Below are positions 11,674 through 25,829 of a DNA stretch of 64,000 nucleotides, one piece after another. The translations under genes and the position numbers were made by a program. The stretch lies in the NCBI GenBank assembly GCA_030704615.1, contig CM060731.1, positions 68,200,001-68,264,000 of the forward strand. Reading direction: 5' to 3'. Every line of letters starts with the position of its first letter. Position 1 is the first letter of the stretch. The notes under the pieces were generated by a model. It was not told the DNA's origin, ran no database searches, and saw only the letters and a list, made by a program, of their open reading frames with translations. The stretch comes from Takakia lepidozioides. Lineage: Eukaryota > Plantae > Bryophyta.

Positions 11674-12424
11674 GGGTGAATGTAGGGTTGACTGGACCAA
11701 AATGGACGTTACCAGCACAGTTTTAGATGACTGCAATTGATGGTGTCATCAATTGAAATTGAACTAACTCATTAAAACCAGCAAATATATATGTCATTGG
11801 ATTCCTAGCTTCAATACGCACCCATAGCAACTCTCCAATCATGAATCCGATAAGAAATGACTCCGCTATGGACTTTGGAACACCGTCATTGTGGACTGTT
11901 ATCGCAATGAATGGAATTACAATGGACTCAAGTTCTCCTATGTGCCATTGATGAATTCCATTGAAATTTGGACGTAAGGTGGCCATTTTGGTCCACATCA
12001 TAGGTATGGATTTGAAGTGGCAAAATCATTTGTCATTTGACTCATATGGACTAATATATGTAAAAACAAATAGGCGTTTCTGAAAAATCCATAACTCATC
12101 TTGATTTTTAGATTTTGGGTGTCACTTTTTTTCTAGAAGTATAAAAACCTATAATCTTCAATGGCCAGGTGTCATATTGAGTTTTTTTTGTAAACTCTAT
12201 TTTTTAGGTTTTCATAATTTCTTTAAATAATATATTAAAATGTTTAATGAATTATATCTTTAATATTTGGGGTAGGACTCTTTACTAAATGTGTTCAGTA
12301 TACCATTATCTATCACAAAAATAAATAAAAAATTGGGATAGTATCCTCAACTTGTGTTTTTTGGTCATGGACTTTCATGGAGCAGAATCTGCCGTTTTTG
12401 GTCCACTCAACCCTGCAACTGCCC
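11674..12424 (+). mobile_element. Non-autonomous TIR element (MITE-like, ~750 bp), copy 1
   Basis: Imperfect TIRs GGGTGAATGTAGGGTTGACTGGACCAAAA / TTTTGGTCCACTCAACCCTGCAACTGCCC; TGAA on both flanks (11670-11673, 12425-12428); AT-rich interior. Confidence 0.8.
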
Positions 12425-14879
12425 TGAATTCATTGTGTAGGCAAGATCACCAGGAGGGGCAACCTCCGAGAGCATCCCTTGGAAAAGCCCCTTGGGGGTG
12501 TGGATACTGTGTGATGCTAATATCAATTACTAGTAATCTGCACATATTGGGGGGGTCTTTAGTGCCAAAATTGGGAAAGAGATACGGGTAGTAGAGAGGA
12601 GGAGTGCACCTGATGTATGCAATGTTGATGGAATAGCAGAAATGAGAGGGAGAGTGATATACTCATTTGTAGAAACAACGTATTGAGATGAAGAGTTGGA
12701 GTCGTTTGATGCGGGTCCATAAGGATGTGAGTGCTCCACGCTCCTTCATACCGAGGTTTTGCTTGAGAGCTCGCATCAAAGTGGAGCCCATAAGTTGACT
12801 ATCTGTTACTGCCGTAGAGGGGGCAGTGCGCGTACCCAAAAGAGCCCCTCCAATATAGCCTGCTGGGGGAGTGAAGTGAGGAGACATTTACCCATGAGGT
12901 TGAGTGCAGCCAGTGGGGTGAACTGAGAACCGAAAGGGCCACCATGTGAGTCGGAGTAGAAGAGAGTTGGGTAGCTGCCAGTAGGAACGAACCATAAGAT
13001 GCAAGCAACTTAACAAGGGAGATCACCCTGGCCGCTTCAAAACTTATGGACAGACCACAAGTTCATCAGCCCTCTCATCACTGGCTTTGCCCCACAAGGT
13101 ATTTATTCTCCAACACCTCAACTCACCTACTTCAGCTGGAGCAAGATCCCAATGAAGTGGCATACTGTGTACACCAAGCTGGGATCTCCGAGGCCATGAT
13201 CTTGTTTCTAAACGCCTGTTTGCCCAACCCACTGATAGCATCCCCCACTCTCTCATCATTGCTACTGATTCATATCTATCAATACGAAGGCCACCTGCCT
13301 CCCACCCCACTAACTTTATTGTCTTATGTTGGCTCAGCAGGTACCCAGTACTCCACGCTCACCACCAGTATATCAATTTTATCGAGCCTTCAACTCTCGT
13401 CTGGCTCCGCTGCCCCACCAGCTCTACTGTTGCCGCACCAGCCACACAGCCGTTAGGCACACTCACAACTCTCAGATCTATTACTTCGAACATCTCAGTA
13501 CATCACAGGTTCACCCTCCTCCTCTATGTGTACCATCGCTGCTTGATTACTCAAGCCCTCCAACAACCTCGCAATGCTTACCTGCTCTCTAATGTTCTGG
13601 TGGCATATATTGCCCCCCCAACACCACTCAGGTACTACACCCCCCCTGGCTTTTATGCTCCATTTTCTCAATTGCTAGGTGCCACCACGCATTACCCTCC
13701 ACACCTATACCCTACCAATACCCATATTCTTACAATCTGGCTCTTCTTGTTATGGGCCCCCTCTCAGTTCTCTTGTTGGGTTGTGAGACTCACACCCCCT
13801 CCTCTGGTGTTTACTTCTCCCAGATCCCACAACGAGGCCTTAGCCCTCCTCCACTCTAACACCCAAATCTCCCCAGTCTCTCATACTCTCCGTATAGTTC
13901 CCCTTCGACACCTAACTAAGTTACCCTCTGATCCAGCCTGCTTTATGGTCACACAATCTGATCCCCCTCCCTGGACACCCCAGCTGCAGGCCACCAGCTT
14001 ACCCAGACCCCCTCACACTCAGGATGCCCCCTCTTCATTCTTCACCTTCGCTACCCGAGGCCCGACCTTTCATGCTGCCCCACCCCCTTGTACCACACAT
14101 ATTTACATTCAAGCATACTCACAAGTTGTTCTTTCTTTATGTAGCACCTGCAGACCACTTGGTGAACGTTTCATACCTCCACATCAGGCCAACCCTCCAA
14201 GCTTCGGCTGCGCATGCCTCTGCCAATATCTCCCCGTGTGATTGCAGTTTGTGTAGTGGCAAGACCTCCCCCAATTGCACCCCCTGGTCTGCACCTTTCC
14301 AAACAATTTTGTTTACCAATTGGTTGCCTTCTCCCAATTGGACACCTGCCAGCACAACCCACTACCCAGTCACCTCGGCTCAGCTCTCCTATCTACTCCG
14401 ACCTTCTCCCATCCTACACACTGGCGACTTCCTGGGGCTGGACACCAACAATTGGTACCCATATAATGCGCCACCCACAAGCTCATGGCTGGTCTTCCAC
14501 TCTTCCTCCCCTACAAGGCTCAATCACCCGCCAACTAGACACACTTAGGGCTCTCTTTGTAGCAATGATCTACACCACGTGTTTAATTGTTCTTCATATA
14601 TTACTGTTGGGAGGCTTGACACAATTCCACACTGTCTCATGATCCTCTAGCCCCGTCAATTCTCTGTTCCATGCTTATATATGTCTATACTCCAACACAT
14701 CAACGTCACATACCTTCAGCACTGCCATTCTACAACTATTGGCTCACCAATCCCATCCAAACTTGGTGGCTGTACCCTCACATACATCCCCCACAGGCAT
14801 GGATTCTACTCGGTCCACCACATACCCCTGCACCAATCCATCCACATGGCATCCTTCTACACCTAACTTCCACAAAAAC

Positions 14880-17400
14880 ATGGCTTCCAAGAAGAAATTG
14901 TTTGGTGTGAATTCAGCTAGGCCTACTTCCATGGCTCCTGCGAGTCCCAACGCCAAACACTCCAGTGTCACAGCTGCCCACAGTGTCTCCCCGACTCCAC
15001 CCACACCACCCAACACCAATTCAACCAGTCAGCAACAGCATACGGATCAGCAAATGCTCGACGTTTCGACAGAAATGCTGGCGGCCCCCCCCAACAATCG
15101 GCCTGTGGCGATTTCTACCTTGTCCAGCCAGCGTCCCAAACGGTCCTCACGGGAGGACAACAGTGAGGATGCTCCAACCCCTTTGAACTCGAAAAAATCC
15201 AGAAATTAGCACAATGACGCTCACGAGCAACAGCACCTGGAGGTCACTAGTCACAAAACGGCCCTACACCTCTGGTACGGGTACCAGAATATGGAAACGT
15301 ACGCCTACGAGAACAACGTCCCGTGGGTCACCGAAACGCGTACAAGGAAACAGCTGATACTCTTGGGCACTCCTCCATCCGAGTGCGAGGAGCTTATTCA
15401 TTGCAAGAAAGTCTTCCCCAGAGTCCCCCAGAGACTCTACCCTTCGACTCGGCCTGATGGTCTCCAGTTCCTCCATCTCACGCAATTACCCACAGGTACG
15501 ATCATCAACAAAGACTCTGGTCTCCCTGCTAACCCCTACCATATAATGATTCGTTTCGATTCCAGTGTCGAATTGCACAAGGATCTGATCCACGCAAGGG
15601 CCGCCCAACGATTTCGGGACATGAACATCCCCCTCGGTACTATTCTCTTTGCCCCAATCTCAGTTTACTGTAAGCATACTACACAGGTATGGTCAGGGCT
15701 CATAAAGGTTGAACTTCTGCACCCGGAGGTAGATGGTCTAGCTCTACTTCGTGGCGACAGACCTTTTGTTCTCGAGATGGAGCCGGGAGTCATGCTACAA
15801 GGTACAGCTGAAAAAACATATAATCTGCTTGCCACATCTGAGGGGCTCTAGCGACGACATTCTACAGGGTACAGTGGGCACCCAACTCGCTATGCACTTT
15901 ATCACTGAGACCTTCAACCACGGCGATAACTTTGAAATTTTACATGTCTACAAGCCCAATCCTGAGACTACCTTCGGTTTTCTCAACCTCACCACAGAGG
16001 ACACACGTACCCGGGTCATGGACTTGGGCATCAGGATTGACAACATCCTTATTAAGCCTCAGGTGCGAATCCACAAGAAAAGCAGATCATGGGCCAAGAT
16101 ATCAGACAAGGAGGCCATTGTAGTGTGAGATGCTCTTACCCTCGTCGTAAAAAACGTAAGCTTGGAATGCTGCACATCACGGGCAAGAATCCCACTATCT
16201 ACGCCAAATGGTGTGGAGCGCCCAACATTACCATCCACGGCAGGTTTATCACCTTCTCCCAGCATGGACATAGTCTCCAAGGCATCCCACCCCAAATACA
16301 GGAGTTGGGCAGTTGCAAGGTTGAGTGGACCAAAAACGGCAGATCCTGCTCCATGAAAGTCCATGACCAAAAAACAAAGTTGAGAATACTATCCCAAAAT
16401 ATTTGTTTAGTGATAAATAATGGTATACTGAACATATTAAATAAAGAGTCCTACCCCAAATATTAAAGATATAATTCATTAAATATTTTAGTATATTATT
16501 TAGAGAAATTATGAAAAACTAAAAATTAGAGTTTACAAAAAAATTCATCTAGCCATTGAAGATTATATGTTTTTATACTTCTAGAAAACAAATGACACCC
16601 AAAATCCAAAAAACAAGATGAGCTATGTACTTTTCAAAATACGCCTATTTGTTTTTACATATATTAGTCCATATGAGTCAAATGACAAATGATTTTGTCA
16701 CTTCAAATCCATACCTATGATGTAGACCAAAAATGACCACCTTATGTCCAAATTTCAATAGAATTCACCAATGGCACATACGATAACTTCAGTCCTTTGT
16801 AATTCCATTCATTGCGGTAACAGTCCACAATGACGGTGTTCCAAAGTCCATAGCGGAGTCATTTCTTATCGGATTCATGATTGGAGAGTTGCTATGGGTG
16901 CATATTAAAGCTAGGAATCCAATGACATATATATTTGCTGGTTTTAATGAGTTAATTCAATTTCAATTGACACCATCAATTGCAGTCATCTAAAACTGTG
17001 CTGGTAACGTCCATTTTGGTCCAGTCAACCCTGCATTCACCTAGCTACTAGATAAAATGCTAGTGGACAACATTAATCACGCACTACTGGACACGGTGGA
17101 AACAATCACGGTTCAACCTACCCAGAAGCGCTCAGCGGACCTGCAGACTGGATGGCGGAAATTGATAAAAAATTGGCTGCACACTCAATTTCTCTTAAGA
17201 CTCACTTGGACCCTAATTCAAAATGCCGCATCAAATCAAAGCTCGAGAGGTTCAACAAGATAGGAGCAAATGTGTTTATCATCCCCACCTCTGAGCAGGG
17301 TGATCTAGGTGTGGGCATAAAGAGGAAGCAAGTTCCCTCTACTCTTGTTTTTTTCTTTATGATGACGATCAGGACATTAACTCTATGCCGCACTTGGACT
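14880..17400 (+). pseudogene. Degenerate TE ORF, possibly non-LTR retrotransposon ORF1-like, split by MITE copy 2
   Basis: Consecutive protein-like frames 14739-15209, 15291-15851, 15751-16128, 16089-16306 and 17057-17263. Removing the MITE and one TSD rejoins QE-LLDKMLVDNINH in frame. The family assignment is a recollection only. Confidence 0.4.
16307..17042 (-). mobile_element. Non-autonomous TIR element, copy 2 (inverted relative to copy 1)
   Basis: Reverse complement of 11674-12424 with scattered substitutions; flanks AGTT/AGCT (4-bp TSD, one mismatch). Confidence 0.8.
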
Positions 17401-20339
17401 CAGAGGACACGGTTGGTCCTGATTTGGAGAGCTTCATTCTTGACTCTGGAATGGGGAGTAGTCTACCTTGCATCTCTGAAGGCCGAGCCCCTGAAGCTCT
17501 ACAGCCTAACATGAAATCTACTCTACTTTCGGCAGAAATTGTACAGTAGTACACTATAGTAGTTGACAAGCTTAAAGCGGAGATGAAAATGATTAGCATA
17601 AATGATCATATGTAATGTTTAAAGTCATGGGATCAAGATGATGTCCAAAGCCATAGTGAAGCTGTACTACGGGGAATGCAGCAAGCTGTATGGGAATTCT
17701 GTAGGAGATCACAGGAAGACCACGATTGCAAACTTGTCAAAAAAGCACCTTCTATCATCTGCACATGTTAAAAACTGGTACAGACGGAAGGGCCTTGATC
17801 CTCCCATCCATAATCGGCGTCTAAAACTAACAAACCCACGATCCTGACGGAGAGTACGACGTGAGCCGCTCACGTGAGCAGGCTCATGCTTTGTGCAGAT
17901 TTGATTAAACGTGAGAAAATATAAATCGTGAGCAGAAAGGAGAAGCAGAGCCTATAACCGTGGGAGAACATGGGCCCTACTACCATGGATGCAAAGTGAA
18001 GTGAAATGCTTGTGGAAGAGCAGACAAATGCTACAAATGCTGCAAACATAATTCAGAGCAAGACAATGCAAAACTTGAAAGTGGTCAGAATTTGGAATGC
18101 TTTAAAGCAAGCATAATTCAGACCACATAAACGCACAACTTTGTAATCTACAAAGCAAGCACAATTCTCAGAAGACATATGATGGACTTGGAAGGAATGT
18201 TTCCTCAAAACCCAAACTTATAACTCAGATCTGTAGAAAGGAAACAGAACACAAGTAAGGACTGTGGAACATGAAATATACTATCCCACTGCCTTGAAAA
18301 CGGTACATGGACGGATTCATATAAGACTTGGTGAGCTGTCCCGCTGCAAAAATCTAACCACCTCACTATAACCACAAGCTTAAACCGCAAGCTTAATTCC
18401 CAGACTGTTTCCCTGCACGAACAGGGCAGTTCGCTAAGGCTTGTTTTTTTTTTTTTTTTTGGAATTCCCATGTGCGAACAAGGGCTGGATTAACCCTTAA
18501 CTTCCTACACGACCCATTTCAGGTTGCGTTGTTTGAGTGCACCATCCTAACTTTTGCTGATGAATATTTTTTACATTCATTCCTTCTGAGCATTTATAGC
18601 GCATGAGGTGGCCCACCTACTCCAATTTATTGCAAGCAATTTGGAGTAGGCATGTGACCTCTAAATTTTTCTCAAGGTTAGGGGTCAGAAAATTATTGGA
18701 TGGAGGGGAGTTGACTTGAAACGTGGGCCCCCTGATTGGACCATTGAAGCATATTAGGCCAGGGATGCCCAAAAGGTTTGATGCGACACGACTTATTTGA
18801 AATTCGGTTTTCACGGATAGATCCTCGTGAAACTTTTCCTTGGTGCTTATGGGTATTGTAAGACAACCCTCACTGGACGGATTTATGTAATTATGGTTTT
18901 TGGGCATTTTTGGGAGGAAAGCCTTAGGCTTGAGGGATGAATATGTCAAACCCTCACCAAAAGACATTCAAAGCAGCCTATACAACAAAATGTTGGTTTG
19001 ATATGAAATTTGGCATGCACTTTGCATCTGTACTATAGATTGTGTAAATTTTGTGGTAGCCCTTTTAGAACGCTTAGGACCGCCAGTTGGACACTAGTAT
19101 TCGGCAGGAATATCTTGTGATAAACAGAACAGTATCTTGAGATGGGTTACATAAGACAGACTGTGCTGGCAAGAGGACTTCTGTAGGTGAGAATTACAGT
19201 TGGTAAGTTTGCATTTGCGACTACATTCTAGAAGGATAATTCTGAAGTTCTTAAAGGATAGTTCTTAAAGTAGGTTGTTTCCATACATGAGAAAGGAAGA
19301 GCAATTGATTTTGGGGTAATATACAGAGGTCAGGGTCTGCTATATGACAACACCATTTTTTCGCCTCGGTATGCACCATCATGTATGTGTCTGCTTCATT
19401 ACTATGCGTTGGATGCCTCGACAAGTTGCTCTTCCGGCTTGTTTGCATAGTTAAGAGCACCAGATTCAAGGCTAAACATGAACCATCACATCAATGCTGA
19501 TTAAGCACAAACACATTGTTAGCAGGTTAGCAAGTTAGCAACCAAAAGTAAGCTATGCAAACAAAATTAATGCATAAAGAGAAAAAGCCTCTTGAGTGTC
19601 CATGGCCCTCAAAAATTGTTGGATGCCAGGGTTTCTAAAGAATGGACTTCAAATGAAAGAAGAATCCATGTCATGATACTGTCCAACAGCTGACGTGCAT
19701 CCTTCGTGGGACTAGATTCTGCACTTCACATCTGAATGCTCTCAAACAAAGATGGCCTTTTTAGTGTTACTCAATTACCTGCACCAGCTCGAGTGGCCAA
19801 AGTTGGAAAGACCCACTCATGTGAGGTGCATCCAGCATGAGCTCATAAGCTGGCTGAGAAATTGTTGTGGCTGCCAACACTCCAACTGCTTCACCTGCAG
19901 CCAGTTTTGACTGTGTCCATGAAACAACTTGCACGGAGTCACTCCTCTTCTTTCCTTTGTGGTACTTGTCTCAGTTCCACCATAGCAGAACTGTACAAAG
20001 TTTTGCCCACGCTGACTGTGGACATCATAGATCTTTTCATCTTGGAGAGAAGAAGAAAAAACTTGCTGCAGATCATCAAGTAGTTGTGCAAGAATCTTGT
20101 TCTAAACACTGAGCGGAAGTGCCTAAGTGGCGTCAATTATGTTTCCTCTTGCTTGCATAGGTCTATTGCCTGCAGTTGGGGAGGTGGACTCGAACTCTTT
20201 TACATGAGGACTGTCTGTCAAGGGGGGTTTTAAACCAAAGTGATGGGTGAGCCAACACATGTGATTTCACACACCATTCAGGGTTGTTGGTTGAGGTTAG
20301 AGAAATCGCTCATTATCATCATCTTACCATCATCGGCTA

Positions 20340-20652
20340 TTCTCACCAGAAAGTGACCTTCTTAAAAACCATCAAGAACATTAACATTGTCCCTGCTGCA
20401 CCTATGTCCACCAACTTTGAAATCTTGAGGCTGAGCCTAAAACCCTGACCCTTGTGGGGTCTAATTGCTGGGCGGGTAGTTCACACACAGCAAGTTGATG
20501 CTTATGTGAAAGGCTTTCTAGAGCATATCTGGAAAACCTGAACTCATTAAATTTATCAAGGTAAGTCACAGTACCGGAGCGAGCCCCTCACAAAGATCCC
20601 CTTTGTTCCACCCAAACTGGGCACAGGGTCTATGGCCATAAGGTTCGGCAAA
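20340..20652 (+). mobile_element. 5'-truncated LINE-like 3' fragment (family also at ~29985-30270 +, ~31053-31292 -, ~31958-32068 +)
   Basis: Copies share ...CCAAACTGGGC.C.GGGTCTATGGCCA..AGG.T.CGGCAA at a common 3' end and vary at the 5' end. They encode HTQQIDGCVKGFLEDIWKARTNCLYQ, reminiscent of LINE ORF2 C-terminal IWKxRN. Confidence 0.5.
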
Positions 20653-21536
20653 CGTCTTATGAGTACATTGTTTCAATCAGTCAAGCCTGAACAAACCCGT
20701 GCAGCTAGTTTTTCATTGAAAGTCAACACCGATTGTGCAAAGAATGCATATAGATTGTACTTGGCGTATCTCAAGCTCCACTGGTCATGGATCGGAAACA
20801 AACAAACAGGATGCGGACGTTCATCTCAGTGTCTGTGATTTTCTTCCTTGTGTTAATTACATAATTTTAGGAAGAGAGGGGAAGACGTCATGTAATACTC
20901 TGGACGAGTTGGGAAATAGTCAACTGTCTAAGGGATACAGATTGTAAGACCCTTCACAATCCAAACCATCCAGCATTGATCAAATGGTTGGTGACAACAC
21001 TAAAAAATGCAGCTAATGAAAGTCATGTTAGCTGCGTCTCACAATGACAATCTTTGAATATCTTCCCCCCAGCCCCCCCTCTCTCTCTCACATATACAAA
21101 CACCTGCAACCTTAAAGTTGATTGGCAAGGAATTAGTTATGTTCTTAAAACCCTGCATGAGATACACGTTCAAAAAAGAGTTCGCAATGGAATTGATATA
21201 TTTGTATCTCTATTACCCTACTGTCTATATCGTTGCTTTCATCCATCCCTATGAATTGGAATCCCCAACACATATTCGTTATGGCGTCATCCTCAGTTGA
21301 AGAATTAAAGGGGCCAAAGGACAAACCAAAAGGTCGATTGTAGCTGAAGGGCGATTAAACAATGGCAAACACGAGAAAGTCGGCACCCTCTACAAACCAT
21401 GTGCAAGCTTCATACACCCAGGGATCAAAGCCTTGCCCGCTCCGCTACCTCCCCTTCTGTGCTTACACTTGAGGCCATCCCTTGTTCCTCACTGCCCAAA
21501 CTCTGAAAATGGACAAAAACGATACAACTAGATCAC

Positions 21537-21881
21537 TCAAAAAATTGCAATAAGGAGAGCAATACCTAACCAAACCTTAAGCATTTTAAATTCATTGGAA
21601 ATGGCCTTTAACTCTAACTTCAAGGCACTTGAAACGGCCTTTATCTCCGACTTCACTTCCGCAAATCCATCTTTCATGTCCCTACGGAAGTCCTCAATGT
21701 CCCTGCGGAAGTCCTCCATGTTGTCACTCCGCACTTTCTCCAACTCCACCTCCAAGCTATGATTTTCTTGGAGGCGTCTCACCTCTGATTCCAACGCCAC
21801 ATTAGGGTCATTCTCGGGTGTGCTACAACGGAGGGGCCAATGAAGGCGCCTCCGAGGTGCCACAACCACAAAGGTGGGCAT
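21537..21881 (-). CDS. Small coiled-coil protein with C-terminal hydrophobic segment (CCDC90/DUF1640-like architecture)
   Basis: Heptad repeats EDFRRDIEDFRRDMKDGFAEVKSEIKAVSS followed by VWLGIALLIAIF; may be a truncated or pseudogene fragment. Confidence 0.4.
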   Translation of the reverse strand: MPTFVVVAPRRRLHWPLRCSTPENDPNVALESEVRRLQENHSLEVELEKVRSDNMEDFRRDIEDFRRDMKDGFAEVKSEIKAVSSALKLELKAISNEFKMLKVWLGIALLIAIF

Positions 21882-23774
21882 GTGCACAAGAGAAACCACA
21901 ATCAAATCAAGTGAATGAGTTTGTTTAGCCACATGAATGCAGTGGCATCATATACATTCACCACATCACATCAATGACATTTTGATCCCAAGATCAATTC
22001 TACAGGTGAGTTAAAAGAAGGTATATAGATGGTATAGCTCCTACACTTACCCTCAAATCTGCATGATGGGTGCCATCACTTGTCCCACGCTAAGCCAAAC
22101 CATTCATTTCCAGCTATGGATGATTTAGGAAAAGAAAAACCAGAAAGTATTACAGGGGTCGTTGTTCTGGACGCCACGTCAAGGACTCAAGGCGCAATGT
22201 TGTGTCCCAACCTCGACTTCTTCTGGGGTCTATGTGCACATGCCCTGTAGTGGAAGAGAGAGGGCTCATGCTGGAGGTAGCCAGATTTGAGCACGCAACC
22301 TGTACTTGCCTTGCAAATGCTCCTGCTTAACATCAGCAGCTCATATCAGTCGAAGCAAAGTCTGTTTTGTCTCGTACAAGAAGGACGCATTAGCAGGCTA
22401 GAATCTACATCGTGATAAAAATGATATGACTATACAGCCCGGCAACCAACCCTGCAACTGGATTGTATTTCCTAAAGTGGGCTCATAAAAAATATTAAGC
22501 TGCCTTTCAAATCATGTTGGGTGTACACCCCACATGACAATGGGCGTCACAGAGAACAATGACATGTCTCTATATTACACATGGCTTTTGAACATAATTT
22601 CTATATGGTCAAAGCAACCATAGGCAACAGACTACAAGACCCCCCAACAACGAGTTAATTTTTTTCAACTTGAGAACCAACTCAGACACATCACGAGTGA
22701 ATGCCCCTGTGAGTGATCGACCCATAGACCAAACTGCCTTTCAATAACCTGATACCACAGAACCTTGCCACTGATGCTACAGTCAGAACATTCACAGCTA
22801 GATCTGGAGCTTGTGAATTCACTATCACCCCACCTAGCTTGTTTGCCTACACTCTCTCTTTCGCAATCACTCTCATTCTCTCCCTAAAAGGCTTTTAAGG
22901 TATTGGGTTCAGTACTTATTTGATGACGTCCCAGTAGTATTTTCTGTTTCTGTTCTCTGTCCCTTGAGCCCTCTGAGATAGTATACTTATTTATTTCCTT
23001 ATGGATTGACATACATACTGCGTAATCAGTATATCATACAAACAGTAGGCTCGATATGTGCCGGCAAGACCTTTGGCCCAAACCACATACATGCCCACTC
23101 GAACACTTTCCTCAACGTAGTTACATGCCGATTACCAGGAATTTTCGCCCAAGTGCCCGTGGACACGGAGTTGTGAAGTGAGCGCATCCCCAATGTTGAA
23201 GCTCACACGGCTCCCAGATTCCCTTCTCCTTCCCTCCGCTCGTCTGGCGAGTCGGTTATAAAACTCCGTTAACACCTGAAGAAACGCCGCACAGATCTAT
23301 CGACCTTGAATTCTTCAATAACACCGGCCTGAAAGACAAATGGTAGCCTTCAGGATCTAGCAAGAAGGCGGCAGCCATGGCAATCTGTAAATCGACGTTG
23401 CAAGACATCTCCATAGTTTTGCAGTGAACGACTGTCACATCATTCGAGGTGTATCCTACCGAGCAGATTCCCGCCATGCCTGCTAAAACCCCACTATCCA
23501 TCTACAGGGAAAGCGCTGTACCTGGTCCTTACAGTCAGACCATGAATGAATGTTGAATCCTCCACCTCCACCTTCACTCTTCAGCACTCCCTGTGATAAG
23601 AATCTGATTCACAAACTCAGTGAGGTAGTACCAGGCTACACTGGGGCCTCGAAGTTCTTGAGATTGGACCTCTTATGAGAGCGAAAAGAGTGTTCCGCGG
23701 AGGTTAGGGTAGAAGCACCAGTCATGGCGCGCCAAGTATAAATTGTTCTGACTTTTACCTATAAAGCGCTGTAA

Positions 23775-23935
23775 GGCCCCGCCGCACTGGCCGATTTAAC
23801 CGTGGCTAAGTGGAGTTTAGCCACGGCTATCTTTATTTGGATGCCGCACTGGATTTAACCGCGGCTAAGTGGAGTTTAGTCACGGCAATCTTTATTTGGA
23901 TGCCGCACTAGGCAATTTAGCCACGGTTAAATTTA
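23775..23935 (+). repeat. Three ~57-60-bp imperfect tandem units with internal palindromes; possible PIF/Harbinger-type end
   Basis: TAA|GGCCCCGCCGCACTGG followed by repeats of GCCGCACT..ATTTAACCG(T/C)GGCTAAGTGGAGTTTAG(C/T)CACGG; partner end not found. Confidence 0.45.
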
Positions 23936-25829
23936 ATCAGCGTTAATCGTCGCTAACTACCCCCTAGTATTTGTCCAACTAGATAACCCCTACCCACCCC
24001 CACGTATTAACTTTAATCACGCGAGGCAGCCATGGAAAATTGCGCTCCCCGTTCTACCTCCTTCCTCGTGCTCGTCTCTCGCAGACCGTAAGCCACAGAC
24101 TGCTTTCATGGAAGCCTGAGGGTGTTCTTGGGGTGGGGGAGAGAGAGACATCATCATGTGCTCCTTTCTTCTGTGTTTCTTTGTTTCTACCTCCTTGCTC
24201 AGCTCTTCAGCTCGTCTTCTCCTCGCTTCTTGGGCAACAGAGGGGGGTATGAGAAGGCAACAGAGGGGAATATGAGAACCAGCTTGGACGGACTGCGAGG
24301 GTAGATGGTGGCCAGCAACTGCAAAGCTCGGAGAGGAAGAAGCTGCAAGCACGCTCTTCCGAGGTTCTCCCACAACGAGCCACGGTCGGATGATTCATGG
24401 ATTCATGTACAGCCACCAGGCTAGGTTAATTCATCCCTGCACAAAATCTTCTCCAGAGCAGATATGGTTCTCTTGCACCTTGGACTAGATCTAGAGCGAA
24501 TCTATAGATGTCAAGTTTTATTCTTATAGCCCATCAGGTGCGTGCGTCAACAGTGGATCGTGACCCATAAAAGGTGGAAGAAAGCTTCGAGCTCCCCGCA
24601 GGCTTGGTTCATCTTCTTGTGGAATATACTAATTTCCAGAACGAACAGTTGCGAGGACATGTGCAACCTGGCAGTTCTGGATATATCATGTATATGGAAA
24701 AACAGTACAGTTCTCCAGTGACAACATTTTGTCAAATGTTAAATTTCTTGGCACCTGAAGAATTCTGTCGATTCAACTAGTGTGGTCATGGATCCCTTGC
24801 TTTGGGGGTGATTGCCTGAGGGGCTGTTGCTTTAGAACTGTTGGTTTCTTGCCAGTCTTGAGCTTGTTTTAATTTCGATGCTTCGGGCTGACGATGTCAT
24901 CGCAGAAAATCCTCACGGCTGCCATCATTTGCAACCTAAAAAATGTCAAAGTGGGTCTTGTGTCAAAGTGGATCCTGGGTTGTTTTCAAAAAACACCACC
25001 CCTTCATTTGCGCTTGAAAATAATGTGTGGTAAATGTACCTATTCCGCAACAACAGTGGGCCTTGACACATCAGTTGCAGGCTGAGAACCTTCACGCAAG
25101 GTCTGCTGGTGTAAGAAACTGCCATCCCACAAGACACAAAAAAACCCAAAATGGAATCTGGAGGAAACTCGATGCAAGGTAGTCTGGACCTTTATCACAT
25201 TCACAAGACAGGTGACCATGGGAGTCCGAGATACAGAAACAGAAAAGTGAGAGCTGGCTTGCAGTTCATGCCATGCACCGCACATGGAAACTGGAAACTG
25301 CAATTGATGCACTTTCGAGGTTTGGGGTGGACCAACCTAAATAGCTAGCAGATGGCACTGAAAACTTCAATCAGAGAAGTCTGCAGATTATAGTGCTCAT
25401 AGTTTATAGGGTGGGCATGAAGTCAGTGGATATAAGTCTTGGTTGTTGCATATTGTCCACCAGCAATGTTTTAAGCAGGGATTCCATATGATGGGATGGA
25501 GAATGGGTATACGTGCATACCTCTATCACTGATGCATGCATATAACCATTCTACTTGAGACTTAAATGGATTTGATGTTCCTCATGCCCGCAATTGTGCA
25601 CTGTGAGCAACAACAAGGCAAGAGACTCCCAATTACAAACAAACTTGCATACCTGTCGATGGGCTCACAGTGTTATCATGTTCAAAAGCATTAGATTGAT
25701 TCCAGCATACTCCCTCACCCTCTACTTTGCAATAGATGTGACACCTGTGCCTATGAGGAAAAGGGCAGAAGCAGAGGAAGAAACTGACTGTCCACAATCA
25801 CCCTGACATTCATGTATCCATGAGAGTTA

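Noticed and set aside
13046-14910. Pro/Ser/Thr/His-rich ORFs
   Set aside because: Explained by C-rich strand bias; no recognisable domain.
11674-17042. Single transposon with 740-bp TIRs
   Set aside because: Each arm has its own TIRs and TSD, and the ORF continues past the right arm, so these are two independent insertions.
23060-23501. Possible ubiquitin-like fragment on the minus strand
   Set aside because: Similarity too weak to support without a search.
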